Assembly: GCF_006345805.1 (NCBI RefSeq)
Contig: NC_043011.1
Location: 39,692,464-39,756,463, forward strand
Length of the DNA stretch: 64,000 nt
From: Octopus sinensis
Taxonomy: Eukaryota
Direction of reading: 5' to 3'
In this document: positions 14,259-28,174 of the stretch, piece after piece
How the letters are laid out: every line of letters starts with the position of its first letter
Position numbering within the stretch: the first letter of the stretch is position 1
Made by a program: the position numbers and the translations under genes
Notes under the pieces: generated by a model
Database searches by the model: none
What the model was told of the DNA's origin: nothing
Seen by the model: the letters and a program-made list of their open reading frames with translations, nothing else

Positions 14259-15084
14259 CCGGGAACCTTTTGATACCACCTCGTATATATGTCCTCATTG
14301 TGTGCTACCTGGTTACATGAGTATAAGTGAGTTCATTCCTTATGAGGTGGACTGAGGTGGATTGCCAATAACAACAAATTCTCTAGACTCTGATTATTTT
14401 CTTTCTCTTATTTGAATAGAGGATTTGTACCAAAATATCAAGGGGTTATTAAGTAATCTATGTACAATAATACAAATATCATTATCTTTGTTTTTGTTCA
14501 TTGACATCACAAATATTCTTCCCTACTCTAGGCACAAAATTTTGGGGGAGGGGGCCCTTCAATTAGATCGACCCCAGTATGCAACTGGTACTTAATTTAT
14601 CGACACTGAAAGGATGAAAGCCAAAGTTAACCTCAGTAGAATTTGAACTCAGAATATAAAGACAGAAGAAATACTGCTAATCATTTCGTCTGGTGTGCTA
14701 ACATTTCACAAATATTCTTTTTTTTTTCTATTCTAGGCACAAGGCCTGAAATTTTTTGTGGGGAGGAGGGGGCCAGTCAATTAGATCGACTCCAGTATGC
14801 AACTGGTACTTAATATATCGACCCCCCCCCCCCAAAAAAAAGGATGAAAGGCAAAGTTGACCTTGGCGGAATTTGAACTCAAAACGTAAAGAAAGACAAA
14901 ATACTGCTAAGTATTTCGCACACATGCTAATGTTTCACAGATATTGTTATCTTTGTTTCCGCTCATTGACACCATTACTCAAATATTTTAGAAGTATTTA
15001 CATCAGTTTTACATAGTGCAATACTGCAAGAAAATTACATTACTCTTTTCATATATATACATACACATATATATGTGTGAGTGC

Positions 15085-15119
<35 letters not shown>

Positions 15120-15940
15120 TTTGAATCAATACCATTTATCATGTATCATTTATGACATAAGCTACTTGTCTCAACTGTGAATCAAACAAAAACATTTAAA
15201 AAAACTATAACATTTTAAAACCAGAAGGTTAAAAAGTAAAATTAACATTAAAGAATTTTAAAGATATCCAACAGAAAAAAATAACAAAAAGACATAAAAC
15301 AAATCAAATTGAATATGTAAAGTGAAGAAAATATCATTTTTTAAAAAAAAGTTAAATAACAATGAAATCTTCTCGTAGTAAGGATCACATGTAATAATAA
15401 TCATTTCTTAAGCCAACAACATAAAATGACTTCTTGGGTGAAAAAGAAAATTGACTGATCTGATGCTAAGTTTATCAATGGTACTTAATTTATTAGCCAC
15501 ATGGATATGAAAGAGAAAGACAAGCTCTGGCAGGATTTTAACTCAGGAGATTAATACTCAGTAATTAATAACAGATCAATGAATTTGTTCAAAATTTCAT
15601 CATTTAAGACCCTTACAATACCAATAATACTGATTTCTAGCATTAACACATGTGCCCCTGCCACATTTTTTTTTTTTTTTTGGGAAGGGCAACATTGTAG
15701 GGACATTAATATAATTGACCACAGAAGGATCAAGTTGACCTCAGCAGGTTTTTTAATCCTAACATAGAAAGTTGTAATGAAATATATTTTAAGAGGGTCT
15801 AAGGCTTGAACTCTAACTCACAGCACTTCATGTAGTATTTGACACGTTATCTAAAAATATGGTAACACAGTTGTAGCAGGAACATTTTTGGTTAGACTTG
15901 ACATGAGACTAAAGAATAATGACAACTGCTGCTTTATTTG

Positions 15941-16262
15941 ATGGACTCCTGAATAATCTTATGCAACACTGACTCTGCTAGGATTTGAACTTTGTGGGAA
16001 TTAAGCTGGGTGAGTCCATTTCAGTGTCCTCTTTAACTAAAAGTGATCATAGCTGTGTCAGTAAACACTGAAGTCAGCTTGCAATGATAAAGGAAATCAT
16101 AATGGACCCCTGAATGATCTTATGCAACACTGACTCTGCTAGGATTTGAACTTTGTGGGAATTAAGCTGGGTGAGTCCATTTCAGTGTCCTCTTTAACTA
16201 AAAGTGATCATAGCTGTGTCAGTAAACACTGAAGTCAGCTTGCAATGATAAAGGAAATCATA
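15941..16262. repeat. Direct tandem duplication, 2 x 161 bp
   Basis: Copies start at 15941 and 16102 and differ at only two positions near their start. Confidence 0.97.
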
Positions 16263-17257
16263 ATGGTAATCTTATCATATTTTCAACTCCTCAAAAGGAC
16301 AAAAAATTCAAAGTCAACTCCGGTGGGATTTGAACTGTAAAAATCTGCAACTGAAATGCCATATTTTGAGTGAAATCTCTGCCAATCTACTCCTTCAACA
16401 ATCTTGTTTCATATTACCCGTGGGTTCTTTCTCAAAGAAAATTGGTAAAGCAACTGAGAAATTAGAAATAAAAATCTCAATTCAATAAAAGTGTAATGAA
16501 ATAAAAACCTCTCCCTTAAGCTCACACAAACATGTGTGAGAGAAAAAGTAAAAAAAAAACAAAAAGAAAATGAATAAAAGAAGAAAAATGTAATTCAACA
16601 ACTGAAGAGTGGAATATTCCAGAAACCCAAAGAATGAAAGAAAGAGTAAATATATAAATATAAATTAAAAACTGAACCCCAAATAACCAAATATCTTAAT
16701 TATACCTTTAATCCTCTCATGGCTGAAATGAGAAGTATTTTACATTTTTCAGGGGCTTTTACATTTTTCAGAATTGAATTGTACAGCATGTACAGCAGAG
16801 AAAAGGATTAAAAAAAATTTAAATATGTGCAAATAGTAATAATAATAATAATCGTAATAATAATAGCTTCAAATTTTGTCACAAGGGCAGCTGCCTTGGG
16901 GAAGGGGATGAGTCAGTTCAGCAAAAGAGACAGATAGAATAAAGCACCAGACCTAAAAAAAAAAAAATAAGTACTAGGATCGATTCATTTGACTAAAAGG
17001 TGCCCCAGCGTGGTCGCAGTCTAACAACTGAAACAAGAAAAAGGTAAAAGGTAGACACAAAATTTCAAATCTGGGCTCAGAGTCAAGTCAATTTAATTGT
17101 CCCTAATACTTAACGGGTACTTATTTTATTTTATCGAAACCCAGAAGGACAAAAAAGGCAAAGTTGACCTTGGTAGGATTTGAACCTGAATCATAAAGGA
17201 CAATAACTAAGAAATGAATGGTAGTAATAAAATGGAAAGTAGTGTAAAAATTAAATA

Positions 17258-17387
17258 TTAGGTTGTCCCAAAAGTTCGTAAACACTTGCAAAAATTGAAT
17301 TTTTACTCGCCAAGTACTAACAAAAACAACAAATATTATTCCTCAAAATAAAGACATTTATGTTTACGAACTTTTGGGACAACCTTA
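17258..17387. mobile_element. 130-bp Tc1/mariner MITE
   Basis: Perfect 25-bp inverted repeat aggttgtcccaaaagttcgtaaaca / tgtttacgaacttttgggacaacct, flanked by TA on both sides. Confidence 0.9.
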
Positions 17388-18069
17388 TATATATACAATA
17401 AAAATTTTTTTAGAGCCAACATCATCACCGTTATTGTCCAGTTCCAAAATATTCTTTGAATATTCCTATTTGGTAATTTAGCAGCCGAAATATCTGTATA
17501 AATTGAAAATGAATGTTTATCTTTTATTTCTTACCTTGTGATTGTTTCAGTTATTAGACTGTGGCCATGCTGGAGTACTACTTTGAAGAATTTTAGTTGA
17601 CTGAATGAAACCCAGGATTTATATTTTGCTAAAACCCTGGTACTTGCTCTATCAATTCCTTTTGCCAAAATGGTTAAGTTATAAGGATGTAAACACACCA
17701 ACACCGGTTGCCAAGTGGTGGTGGAGGACAAACAGACACAATGACACACACCCACACATGAGGGCTCATGGCCTAGTGGTTATGGTGTTGGATTCATAAT
17801 TGCAAGATCATGGTTTCAATTCCTAGACTGGGTGGTGCATTGTATACTTTAGCAAAATGCTTCCCGTCATGTTGCTCAGCGATCACATCGACCCCTGACA
17901 TGTGGGTACAGCATTCAGGCAATGTTGAATTGATGGTGGAAGTGAGCTAATGAGCAGCACAAACATTTCATCACTATCAACAAATCCTTCGTGCAGGAAG
18001 TCCAGCAAAAGCTAAACATTCATACATCATCTTTGACAGGAGAGTCTATCATATAAATATGTATGTATG

Positions 18070-18101
<32 letters not shown>

Positions 18102-18120
18102 ATTATATATATATATAAAA

Positions 18121-18455
18121 AAGTAAAGACCCCCTTCGGTCATGAATGACCATGGGATTGCACCTAGAAAGTTACCCTCCTAGACACAAGTCCGGGCAAG
18201 GTTGTTTATGGAAGACCAGCAGTCACCCATGCATACCAGCCTCCCCTCTCCACGCCACCAGTGTTATCCAAGGGAAAGACAAAGGTTGATACAGCTTGGC
18301 ACCAGTGACGTCGCAACTCATTTCTACAGCTGAGTGAACTGGAACGATGTGAAATAAAGTGCCTTGCTCGAGAACACAACATGCAGCCCGGTCCGGGATT
18401 CAAGCTCACAACCTCACGATCGTAAGCTCGACGCTCTAACCACTGAGCCATGCGC
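18121..18455 (-). mobile_element. tRNA-derived SINE family D
   Basis: Minus-strand head gcgcatggctcagtggttagagcgtc...gaatcccggacc. Copies at ~28255-28560(-) and 58770-59103(-), with a tail fragment at 51503-51570. A same-head/different-tail family lies at ~7975-8240, 17757-18045 and 19970-20245 (+). Confidence 0.88.
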
Positions 18456-19905
18456 TTTCACATATATATATATATATATGCACACATCAATGTGTGGGTG
18501 TATGTACATATATATATATATATATATTCTTTTAATCTTCTATTTGTTTCAGTCATTTGACAGCAGCCATGCTGGAGCATCGCCTTTAGTCGAGCAAATT
18601 GACCCCAGGACTTATTCTTTGTAAGCCTAGTACTTATTCTATTGGCCTCTCTTACCAAACCACTAAGTGACAAGGATATAAACACACCAGCATCAGTTGT
18701 CAGGCAATGTTGGGGGGACAAACACAGACATGCAAACATATACATACATACATATATATACGACGGGCTTCTTTCAGTTTCCTTCTACAAATCCACTCAC
18801 AAGGCTTAGGTCGGGCCAAGGCTATAGTAGAAAACACTTGCCCAAAGCACCACATAGTGGGGCCAAACATGAAACCATGAAGTTTTGAAACCAACTTCTT
18901 ATTACATTGGCATGCCCTTGCCTTCATTTTTTTTTTTTATCTATTTTCAAATAATTTAAAGCCTTTCCTGTGCTGCCATAGGTAATCTGTAACGACCTTC
19001 TTTCCTTGGTATTTTTTTTTTACCATTTAGTCAGGGAGGTAAGGGCAGCACCCATAGCCCTTTATTCATTTTTTTTTTTCAAGGTTTCCAAGATTGGTCA
19101 GTGTAAGGAAGAAAATTTAGATTCTGCACCCACAAAATATTTTAGACAGTGTGCTTGCACCCCCTGTTTCAGGGCCCATGCATCTAATGTGTCCTTTCTT
19201 CACAGGACATTAAACTGCATGGTTGAAGTGATATTTTGGCTGTTATTTCTAACATGTCAAATGACTGCATAAAGGCTCTCCTCTACACAGGGGTGTTATT
19301 GAAAGTGTTACTAGTTAAAACTGATGTTGGTACAAACAGTCTTAGTGTTAACAAGGCCATGCTTAGCAATACTCACATTAGTAATGTTGGTGTTAATGGC
19401 ATTACGTGGTTATTTGTTTGCTTACAATGCAGTTTCTTATTAGTCCGCAGAGTGTTTAGTTGTTAGCATATGTGACATTTGAATCTATGTTATTTCTAGC
19501 AGAAGCAAGCAAACTGAAAACAGATGCACATTAACTTAGTATTGAATCTACATAACTATCAAATCTATAATTCAGTGTTCCTTATAGATCTCTTATTAAG
19601 CTGGATTAGACAGACGCCATTTGTATGACAGAGACACTTGCTTACAGTTAGCACACAATGTCAAGACAAGGTGACATAAAGACACACACACATATATACA
19701 TAATACATGCATGCACACAAACATATATATGACGGATGGATTGCTTTTAGTTTCTGTCTACCAGATGTATACACACGACATTGGTCAAACCAGATCTTTA
19801 GAAGACACTTGCCCAAGGTGCCACACAGTGGACAGAACTGAAAGCATGTGATTGTGAAGCCAACTTCACAAGTTCATTATGCCTACACCAATCTATGTGT
19901 ATTTA

Positions 19906-19947
<42 letters not shown>

Positions 19948-21306
19948 GATGTGTGTGTGAAGAAAAATGACCTAGTGATTAGGATGCTGTATTCACAATC
20001 GCAAGATTGTGGTTTCAATTCCTAGGCCAGGTGGTACGTTGTGTTTTTGAGCAAAAACACTTCATCCCATGTTGCTCTGTGATCAGTTTGACACCTGATG
20101 CATGGGACGCCGTGCACCTGTTCAGGCTCCATCTATTTGATGGACGGAGCGAGCTAATGTGCAGCATATACATTTGATCACTATAAACAAAATATTTGTG
20201 CCAGTTGTTCAGCAAAAGCTGAACACTCATACGTCACCTTTGATGGGAAAGTACATCATATATACGTATATAATACATATGATATATATAAATAACAAAT
20301 ATATAGATATCATATATATATATATAAATATATATACAAACACACACATACACATGCATATGTATATTTATATATATGAAACGTTATTGGTAATGATCTG
20401 GGAAAGGAGTACTTAATACTGAGAAGCAGAACATTAATAATTATTATGAAAATCAGTCAAGATGCTGATATTTTGAGGTTCTGGCCAGTAGAATTGGTCT
20501 TCTTACACCCAAACCTCAAACCTACTGAGAGGATGTCATGTCAGTAGACCGACTCCACTCACAGGAAACCCAGATTTCAGGAAGAGGACTTGAAATAATT
20601 TACATATGCATACGTACATGTGTGTGTGTGAATATGTCTATATGTGTCTATATATATATATATATGTATACACTAAAACCAAGGCTCTATGTAAAAAGCA
20701 TTGGTGTGGGTGCTGGTGCCATGTAAAAAGCCCCCAGTACACTCTGAAGTGGTTGGCATGTTGGTGGGGCATCCAGCTGTAGAAACCAAACCAAAACAGA
20801 CTGTAGAACCTGGTGTGGCCCCTGGCCTTGCCAGTTCTTGTCAAGCAATCCAAGTTCTTGTCAAGCTATCCATGCCAGCATGGAAAACAGATGTTAAATG
20901 TTGATGATTATATATATGTGTGTGTGTGTGTGTGCGTGTGTCCATATGTATACATATACATGGACAAATATATATATATATATTTGAGTGTGTGCATATA
21001 TACATGTACTTGTTGATTAGTGAATATCAAGTGTTGTGTTATGTATTAGCCATCTAGTTTAGAATCTGTTCAGATCTCAAGAATTTGATCTGAACAAGTC
21101 ATAGAAATTCCATAGAAAGTTAATTAGCTGATGTGCTTTAGTATGTGCGTGTGTGTGTATGTGTGAGTGTGCGTGCGTGTGTGTGTGTGTGTGTGCTTGT
21201 GTGCAAACTTAAAGAATGATCTATAAATACCAATTCATTATTACTAAGTTAGTGAGTTATACACACAGTGTATTTCTTTATGTTCAATTATAAATATAGA
21301 CATTAG

Positions 21307-21344
<38 letters not shown>

Positions 21345-22629
21345 CAGAAGGAAGATAGGAGAGAAAGGAAGAAATAAGGCTTGAACTATGCCTCCTTTTC
21401 TTCTGTCTCTCCTCTCTTTCGTCTTCTCCTCTGATATGCTTTTCAGGAATCAGTTTGTTCAAGTCACACTGTTGATTTCTCTCCTTCTTTCTCTCAATTT
21501 TTCTTTTATTTTCTTTCTTTCTTTCATTCATCTGCTCTCTCATCCGATGTCCACATTGAATCATCTTCCATCACGGCAGATGGAATGGATAATTTAAACA
21601 AACAGACAAAAAACAACCCAAAAATGTCTTATTTATATTTTTGGAATAACCAAATTAATTGACAACTAATTTTTTTTTTTTTGAAAGAACAAAAAAAAAA
21701 AAAACTAAAATTAAATAAATATATAAACAAACCCTGACAACTGATTTTCCGAAAGCAAAAAAAAAATGCCCTTAAAAAAACAAGATCTTAACTAATTTTA
21801 GAAGAAAAAATAGCCTGGTCTATTAGTTTCAGCAAATTCCAGTTCCAACTCCTCAATTCCTTTCCGAGAAGAAATACAGTCGAGCAAGCAGATATAAATA
21901 ATGACACAACGTATGTAGATGTTTATAAAGCAAGTTATTTAAGCCCAATTTATGTCATGGAACCTCTAGAAATAAACATATGGATAAATACAAACACATA
22001 AAAACACTTGCTCTGACCAAATTTGTATGCGTATGTGAAAGAGACAAAGAGGAAGAGAGAGAAAGAGAGAGACACACACAGCACCGTTAAGACACAGGTA
22101 GCCTTTTCTTGGATGTGAACTTGGACAGTTATTGGACAGCTGGGCAATCAAATGTCCCAGGAGGAGTTGGAAAATTGTGTACAGAATAGAAATGGAAATT
22201 TTAAGTATCCAATAGGAAACCAGAAGGGGCTTTTATAGATAAAGAAAGCCAGAGATATTCCAGGTACCAGAAATCAGATCATATTACATGAATTAATTTA
22301 GGAAACGAAGTGTCCAGAGTAGAAATAGACTGCAAAACAACACTAATGCAAAACAACACTATAAGTGAATGTCTGTGCAAGAGAGAATATATGTCTGAGT
22401 GTATTTGTGAGTGCATGCTTGGACATGTTTTTCAGTACAGAAAGTTCTTTCCCTTAAATAACAGTGCGTAGCATTGTTATGTTGTTATTTAACCTCAAGT
22501 TAGCTAGGAATGTGCAGACCTTTGGCCTTTTCTAGCTGTGGTAATTCTATCATTTTGAAGATGTTATGTGTCTAGAACTCATGTGTCCTTCTTCCGTTTT
22601 ATTTTAAATATATGATATAGAAATAATTC

Positions 22630-22859
22630 TTAACCCTTTCTACATCAACCCGGCTGAAACCGTGTCTGGCTCTGTGGTATAAATGTCTTGTTTTCATAAG
22701 TTTTGAATTAAAATATTCCATCAAACCTTAGTCGCAATTTATGTTCCTAACACTAGCTTAATGATAACTAAGTTACTTTACTAAATTCTTTGTTATAATT
22801 AAAATTAATTGAAAGAAACACAGAGCATATCAAAATAAATACAGTAACAAAAGGGTTAA
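22630..22859. mobile_element. 230-bp piggyBac-like MITE, second family (TTAACCCTTT...AAAGGGTTAA)
   Basis: TTAA duplication and CCCTTT terminal inverted repeats. Two reverse-oriented copies lie at 30977-31205 and 31256-31485. Confidence 0.88.
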
Positions 22860-22923
22860 GATGGTAGCAAGTGGTAAAAGAAATTTGGCTGCTATTTCTT
22901 CCCAGGTGAGTAATTGTGTAGAG

Positions 22924-23200
22924 CAGTGGTTCTCAATCATTCTTTGATATGGCCCCCTTTGATCCCTATTTTACTCCACTCGATCCCGCACAGCCATTCA
23001 ACGTTTAAAAGATGTCCCATTATATTTTTTTTAATCAAATATTATTGGGAATTGTATGAAAAAAATTGTTAAAATATTTTGTATACTGTAGAAGTATCAC
23101 CAATTTAGTGCAGATAAATTTTAATAATAAAATTTTATATGGGCTTCCAAGGGTCATGTGGACCTCCAAGGGTCATGTAGAACTCAGCTGAGAACCCTTG
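22924..23200. mobile_element. hAT-type MITE (CAGTGGTTCTCAA termini)
   Basis: Degenerate terminal inverted repeats; 8-bp flanks gtgtagag / atatagag are consistent with a decayed hAT target-site duplication. Confidence 0.75.
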
Positions 23201-24590
23201 ATATAGAGACTCCTTCGCTGGCTTGACATAGCATAAAGTGTTACTATTGTTTTGCCTCAGTTGAGTCTTGATCCAGCTCATGCCTTTGTTATAATCTTTT
23301 CCCTAGTTATACCTCATTATAATTGGAGGATTTTGGAAACTGATTAGTACCATTAATATTAGGAGCTCCTGACATAGGTTTTCCACAAATAACATAAGAG
23401 TTTGACTTCTACCTCCTTCTTTAAGATTATTATTATTATTATCGTCAGCTGCTGTAATAGAAAGAGGTGTAGGTAGTGGATGAATTATACACCCGCCTCT
23501 TTCAAGAAATTTAGCCCACATAGGACCTTCTGTTGATCTAGCTATTTTGTCATTTCATTTAGCAGATATCTCATCAATTCCATCAAAAGTTTCAACTATG
23601 CACATTCTATTTTATTTTTCAGACAAAGGACTTTGCAGTAGGTGTGTGCAGATATTTGCATGTGTGCAAATTTTGACTTCCTTTACAAAGTGTGTGCACA
23701 TTCTCTCTATGTGTGCATATTTTTATCCTTTGTGCACTTGCAGTAAAATTTGTGAATGAACACAGCATAGAGTGAACACTGCATATGAATATATCACACA
23801 ACAAATCCATTTTGTTTTTTTTGAACAGTAGGGTCAAGTTTGAGGGAGATCTATCTGCTATTTCCCTACTTATTAAGAAACCATATAGAGAGCTCTTTGC
23901 TTGACTGAACAATTGCAAGTGCTAAAGCATATACCAGTAATACAGGCAACAACAGTACATAGTACTACTAATGTCGTTGCTGTTGCTTCGTCCCAAGTTT
24001 CTCTGATCAAGCAGAAAATGAACAAAAGCATTCCAGCCATTGACCACACCACCTTTTTCCAGACACTGTTCCTTCAGGACTATAATATGCAATGTAGCTC
24101 TGAGTTGTCCTTTTTAAAACAGTAGGGTGTCATTTGAGAGAAATTTGGCTACTATTTCTAGCAGACTAAGTAACTCCTTAGAGGATCCTTCATCATTCAT
24201 TTACTGTCATGTATTGTGTTGTAAAAAGGGATAGTGGGGGTCATTCTATTTTGTTATTTTTTTAAAACTATGACCAAATATTTCCTGGTCCTGGATATCC
24301 TATATTTTACAGTAAGGATCATTCCTGGCTGCATAAGATCAAGGTTAGTTACTAATTTATTTTTTCAGTTTTCTTTTAGTTGTTTATTCCCCACCTCTCA
24401 AACAAAAGGGTTTCTCAAAGACTGTCCAACGTTTTGTTATGTAGATGTATATTAAATAGAGTTAGTGATAAGAGAAAGCAGCTTGCACCATATAAGATAC
24501 ATTTAGCAATCTTACTTGGTCTTGATATGAAACAGTATATAAATATAAAGTGGTTTTGATAAAGAACCTAGGATAAAATACTGATGAAGG

Positions 24591-24656
24591 TCAAAGCAAA
24601 GGAGTCGAGGATTCGTCCACATCATACACAGATATATCCTCAAAATCTTCCTGTTC
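24591..24656 (-). CDS. SLC9A6/7/9-like: Candidate alternative (proximal) terminal exon F1: (EQ)EDFEDISVYDVDESSTPLL*
   Basis: A ~45-nt polypyrimidine tract ends ttttttcgag|GAACAG|GAAGAT, giving two in-frame AGs (exon start 24656 or 24650). Phase 0 fits exon E. Protein-like acidic peptide ends in TGA at 24591-24593; minus-strand AATAAA at 24383-24388. No transcript evidence. Confidence 0.55.
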   Translation of the reverse strand, partial: EQEDFEDISVYDVDESSTPLL

Positions 24657-25654
24657 CTCGAAAAAATATAAAATAAAATGAAAGAAAATTCGTTAAAAAA
24701 TCAAAAAAAGAATATTTTAAGTTGACAAAATAGTTTTTGAAGTAAAATATAGCAAAAATAAACTATAAATATGTATCTGTGTGCAAATGTGTGTGTATAT
24801 GTGTGTGAATGTATATGTAGACATGTGTGTGTGTGAATGTATGTGTATTCAAATGTGTGTGTGTGTGTGTGCCTGTGTGTGTGTGTGTGCCTGAATATGT
24901 ATGTGTGTATGTATGGGCAGAGGCACAGCTAAGCAGTGAAGTTTATTTCCCATGTTAGTTGTTAGCGCTACATGTCACTTTGGGTGAGTCGCTTGTAGTG
25001 TAGCCTTGGCACAACCTTTAAACTGGCACTCCGCAAGCTATAACAAATAAACATTCCAGTTGATTCAATCAGTGGAACAACCTGCTTAGTGGCTGAATAC
25101 TCCACAGATACATGTACCCTTAATGTAGTTCTGAGGAAGATTCAGAGCGACACAGAATGTGACAAGGCTGGCCCTTTGAATTACTGGTACTACTCAGATT
25201 TGCCACCTGAGCAGACTGAAGCAATAAAGTGTTTTGCTCAAGGACGCTGCCAAGAATCAAACTTGCAACCTTACAATCATGAGCTGACTGCCCTAACCAC
25301 TAAGCCATGCACCGTCGCTAGCTCAGCCTAAGTTGTGGAACGGAAACTGGGTTAACAAGACTACAGTTTGGTAGATTTTTCTCTGGCTGGATGCACTTAC
25401 TGTTGCCAACCTTCACCTGTTTTCAAGCAAGATAAAATTTCTCCATGTTCAGATGTGTTTTTAAAGATGGCTTGCATCTGTAGCTCAAAGACCTTGTCCT
25501 GTCATACAAAGTTGTGCTATTCGGCTAAAGAATTATGTTAAAGGTTATAATATACCAGATGTGGCAAATACATTTACTTATTATACATAATGAGTTGAGA
25601 AAAGATTAAGGACTAAGGTGAAAGCAAAAGGTGGCCATTCTGAATTGTAAATAT

Positions 25655-25915
25655 ACGTCGACTGGCTTCCGTGCCAGTGGCACGTAAAATGCACCAATCC
25701 GACCGTGGCCGTTGCCAGCCTCGCCTGGCACCTGTGCAGGAGGCACGTAAAAAGCACCCACTACACTCACGTTAGGAAGGGCATCCAGCTGTAGAAACAT
25801 TGCCAGATAAGACTGGAGCCTGGTGCAGCCTTCTGGCTTCCCAGATCCCCGGTCGAACCGTCCAACCCATGCTAGCATGGAGAATGGACGTTAAACGATG
25901 ATGATGATGATGATG
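25655..25915 (+). mobile_element. Short retroposon family C ending in an RTE-like tail and (GAT)n
   Basis: Ends gtccaacccatgctagcatggagaatggacgttaaacgatgatgat. Copies at ~20700-20910(+), 45320-45556(+), 51345-51490(+), 57200-57380(+), 34863-35400(-), 29930-30140(-), 43300-43420(-), 44370-44510(-), 56695-56845(-). Confidence 0.85.
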
Positions 25916-28174
25916 TAGCATATTGTCAATAACTACCACAATCAGCCTGCAAATTTTCATTAACCAAAACCTAAAATTTTTCATTTCATGGTAAAATGAA
26001 TAATGGGTAAAATATATGCATCTGGTATTGTGTAAATGTAACAAAATTAGCTTAACATTTTAATGGTAAGAGAAAGTGTCTTAATGTTTCAGGCATAAGG
26101 GCTTCATCAAAAGAAAGAGAGGAGCACAGAGACAGTGAGAAAGAAAGAAGATTAGTGAAAAAATAAATTGTAAACGAGCATCATCACCATATAAGTGGCG
26201 GCGTTTGTTTTCAATCTTCCATAAAAACAAGTCTGGCCTGGAGAAATATTACCTAGCTTAGAAACAAATGAGGATTGGCAACAGGAAGGGCAACCAGCCA
26301 TAGCAAATTCTGCCCAGACGCTTATTGTCTTGTCTGACACTTCCAAGCATGGAAAAGTAGCTCCTAAAAACTATGTGTGTGCAAGTGTGTTTTGTGTAAA
26401 TGTGTATGCTTGGGTTTGAAATAGATACTATGATCACAGACCATAGTACAGGCTAAAGAAGGACAACTCAGTAATACTGCTCTGGCATGAACAAAAGACA
26501 TAAGATTTCAGCAGGGGAAACAATTATCACAATAGTTTCATATAAAGAACTGAGAGAAAGAAAAAGGAGTAATTTTACTAAAATTCCCCCTAAATTCCAA
26601 ATTATTTATAAAATCACAGATAAGACATAGATAATCTGTTCTTGTTAGTAATATTCTTATGAAAAAGAGATTAAGTGATAATATAATGACATTAAAATGT
26701 GTAAAGTCTGCCTGTACGAAAAGCATATTAGTAGCATATTCTGTTGATACACTTTGGTTTCGAACAGGTATCGAGCAATGTTACACGCTTGAGTCCTTTG
26801 ACTGTGGCCATGCTGGAGCACCGCCTTGAAGGGTTTTAGTCAAATAAATTGATCTCAGCACTTAGCTTTTAAACCAAGTACTTATTCTATCAGTCTCTTT
26901 CACTGAACTGCTAAGTTACAGGTACATAAACACACCAACATCGGTTGTCAAGCAGTGAGGGGTGGGATCACAGACACAAACACATAGATATATACTTATA
27001 CACACACACATATACACATATATATATATGATGGGCTTCTTTCAGTTTTCGTCTACTAAATCTACTATGGTCAGCCTGAGGCTACAGTGTAGAAGACACT
27101 TGTCCAAGGTGCCACACAGTGGGACTGAACCTAAAACTATGTGTTTGGGAAGTAAGTTTCTTGTCACACGGCCATGCCTGTGCCTTTTTAGTCTTTTCAA
27201 AAATAACTTAGGTTCAAGCTATGACATCAACAACAGCAATGAGAGACTCTATATATAGTCTCTCAACCTATCAGAAATATCAGTCACACCTCCTTCAAAT
27301 AGTATTTTGCTGTTTTAAAATTGGAAGGACACATTGGAAGGGTGAAACTATGCTGAAAAAATAGTCATGACAGGATAGTTTTTTATCATTGATCTGACAA
27401 TCAGGTTAGTTCTAGACATGCACAACAACAACATAATGTAATACAACAATTAATTCACATTACTCTGTAAGGAACATGGGGCCAGTTTTCCAGTTTCTCT
27501 GGCATATGTTCCTCCTGGGATGGGGTGCTGGTCTGTTCAAGGATTCTTCATTTTTTCCAGCTGAGTGGACTGGAACATCATGAAATGAAGTGTTTTGCTC
27601 AAGAACACAACACATCATCCAGTCCAGGAACTGAAACCACAATCTTACAATCATGAATCTGACACATTAATAACTAAGTCACATACTTCCACATTGTAAT
27701 ATTATGTTGTGTCAAGGTGGGGAGCTGGAAGAAACGTTAGCACACCGGGCAAAATGCATAGCAGTATTTCTTCTGTCTTTACATTCAGAGTTCAAATTCT
27801 GCCGAGATCGACTTTGTCTTTCATCCTTTCGGGGTCGATAAATTAAGAACCACTTGCACACTGGGGGGTGATCTAATCGACTGGCCTCCTCCCCCAAAAT
27901 TTCGGGCCTTGTGCCTAGAGTAGTAAAGAATATTATGTTGGGTCAAAATAGAGTGACTTCTATTGACTACACACAGTCTTCCTTTTATTGCATACTTTCA
28001 CTACATTACAGACTACAGCTGTGTAGTTTGGGTATGTGCTGTGGTTTGTTATGGTATTGTCATTTTTACTGCATTGAAAGCGCTCTACATAAGACGTGTG
28101 GCGCCTAGTGATGTTATTTTCAGTATGCTATATATTACTATCATTATTATTATTATTATTGATTGATTGATTGA

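Noticed and set aside
26538-26549. Strong acceptor giving FFI* as another last exon (similar candidates at ~21965, 19513, 56046-56061, 53550)
   Set aside because: T-rich introns produce many such pseudo-acceptors, and these peptides are too short, out of phase or featureless to support.
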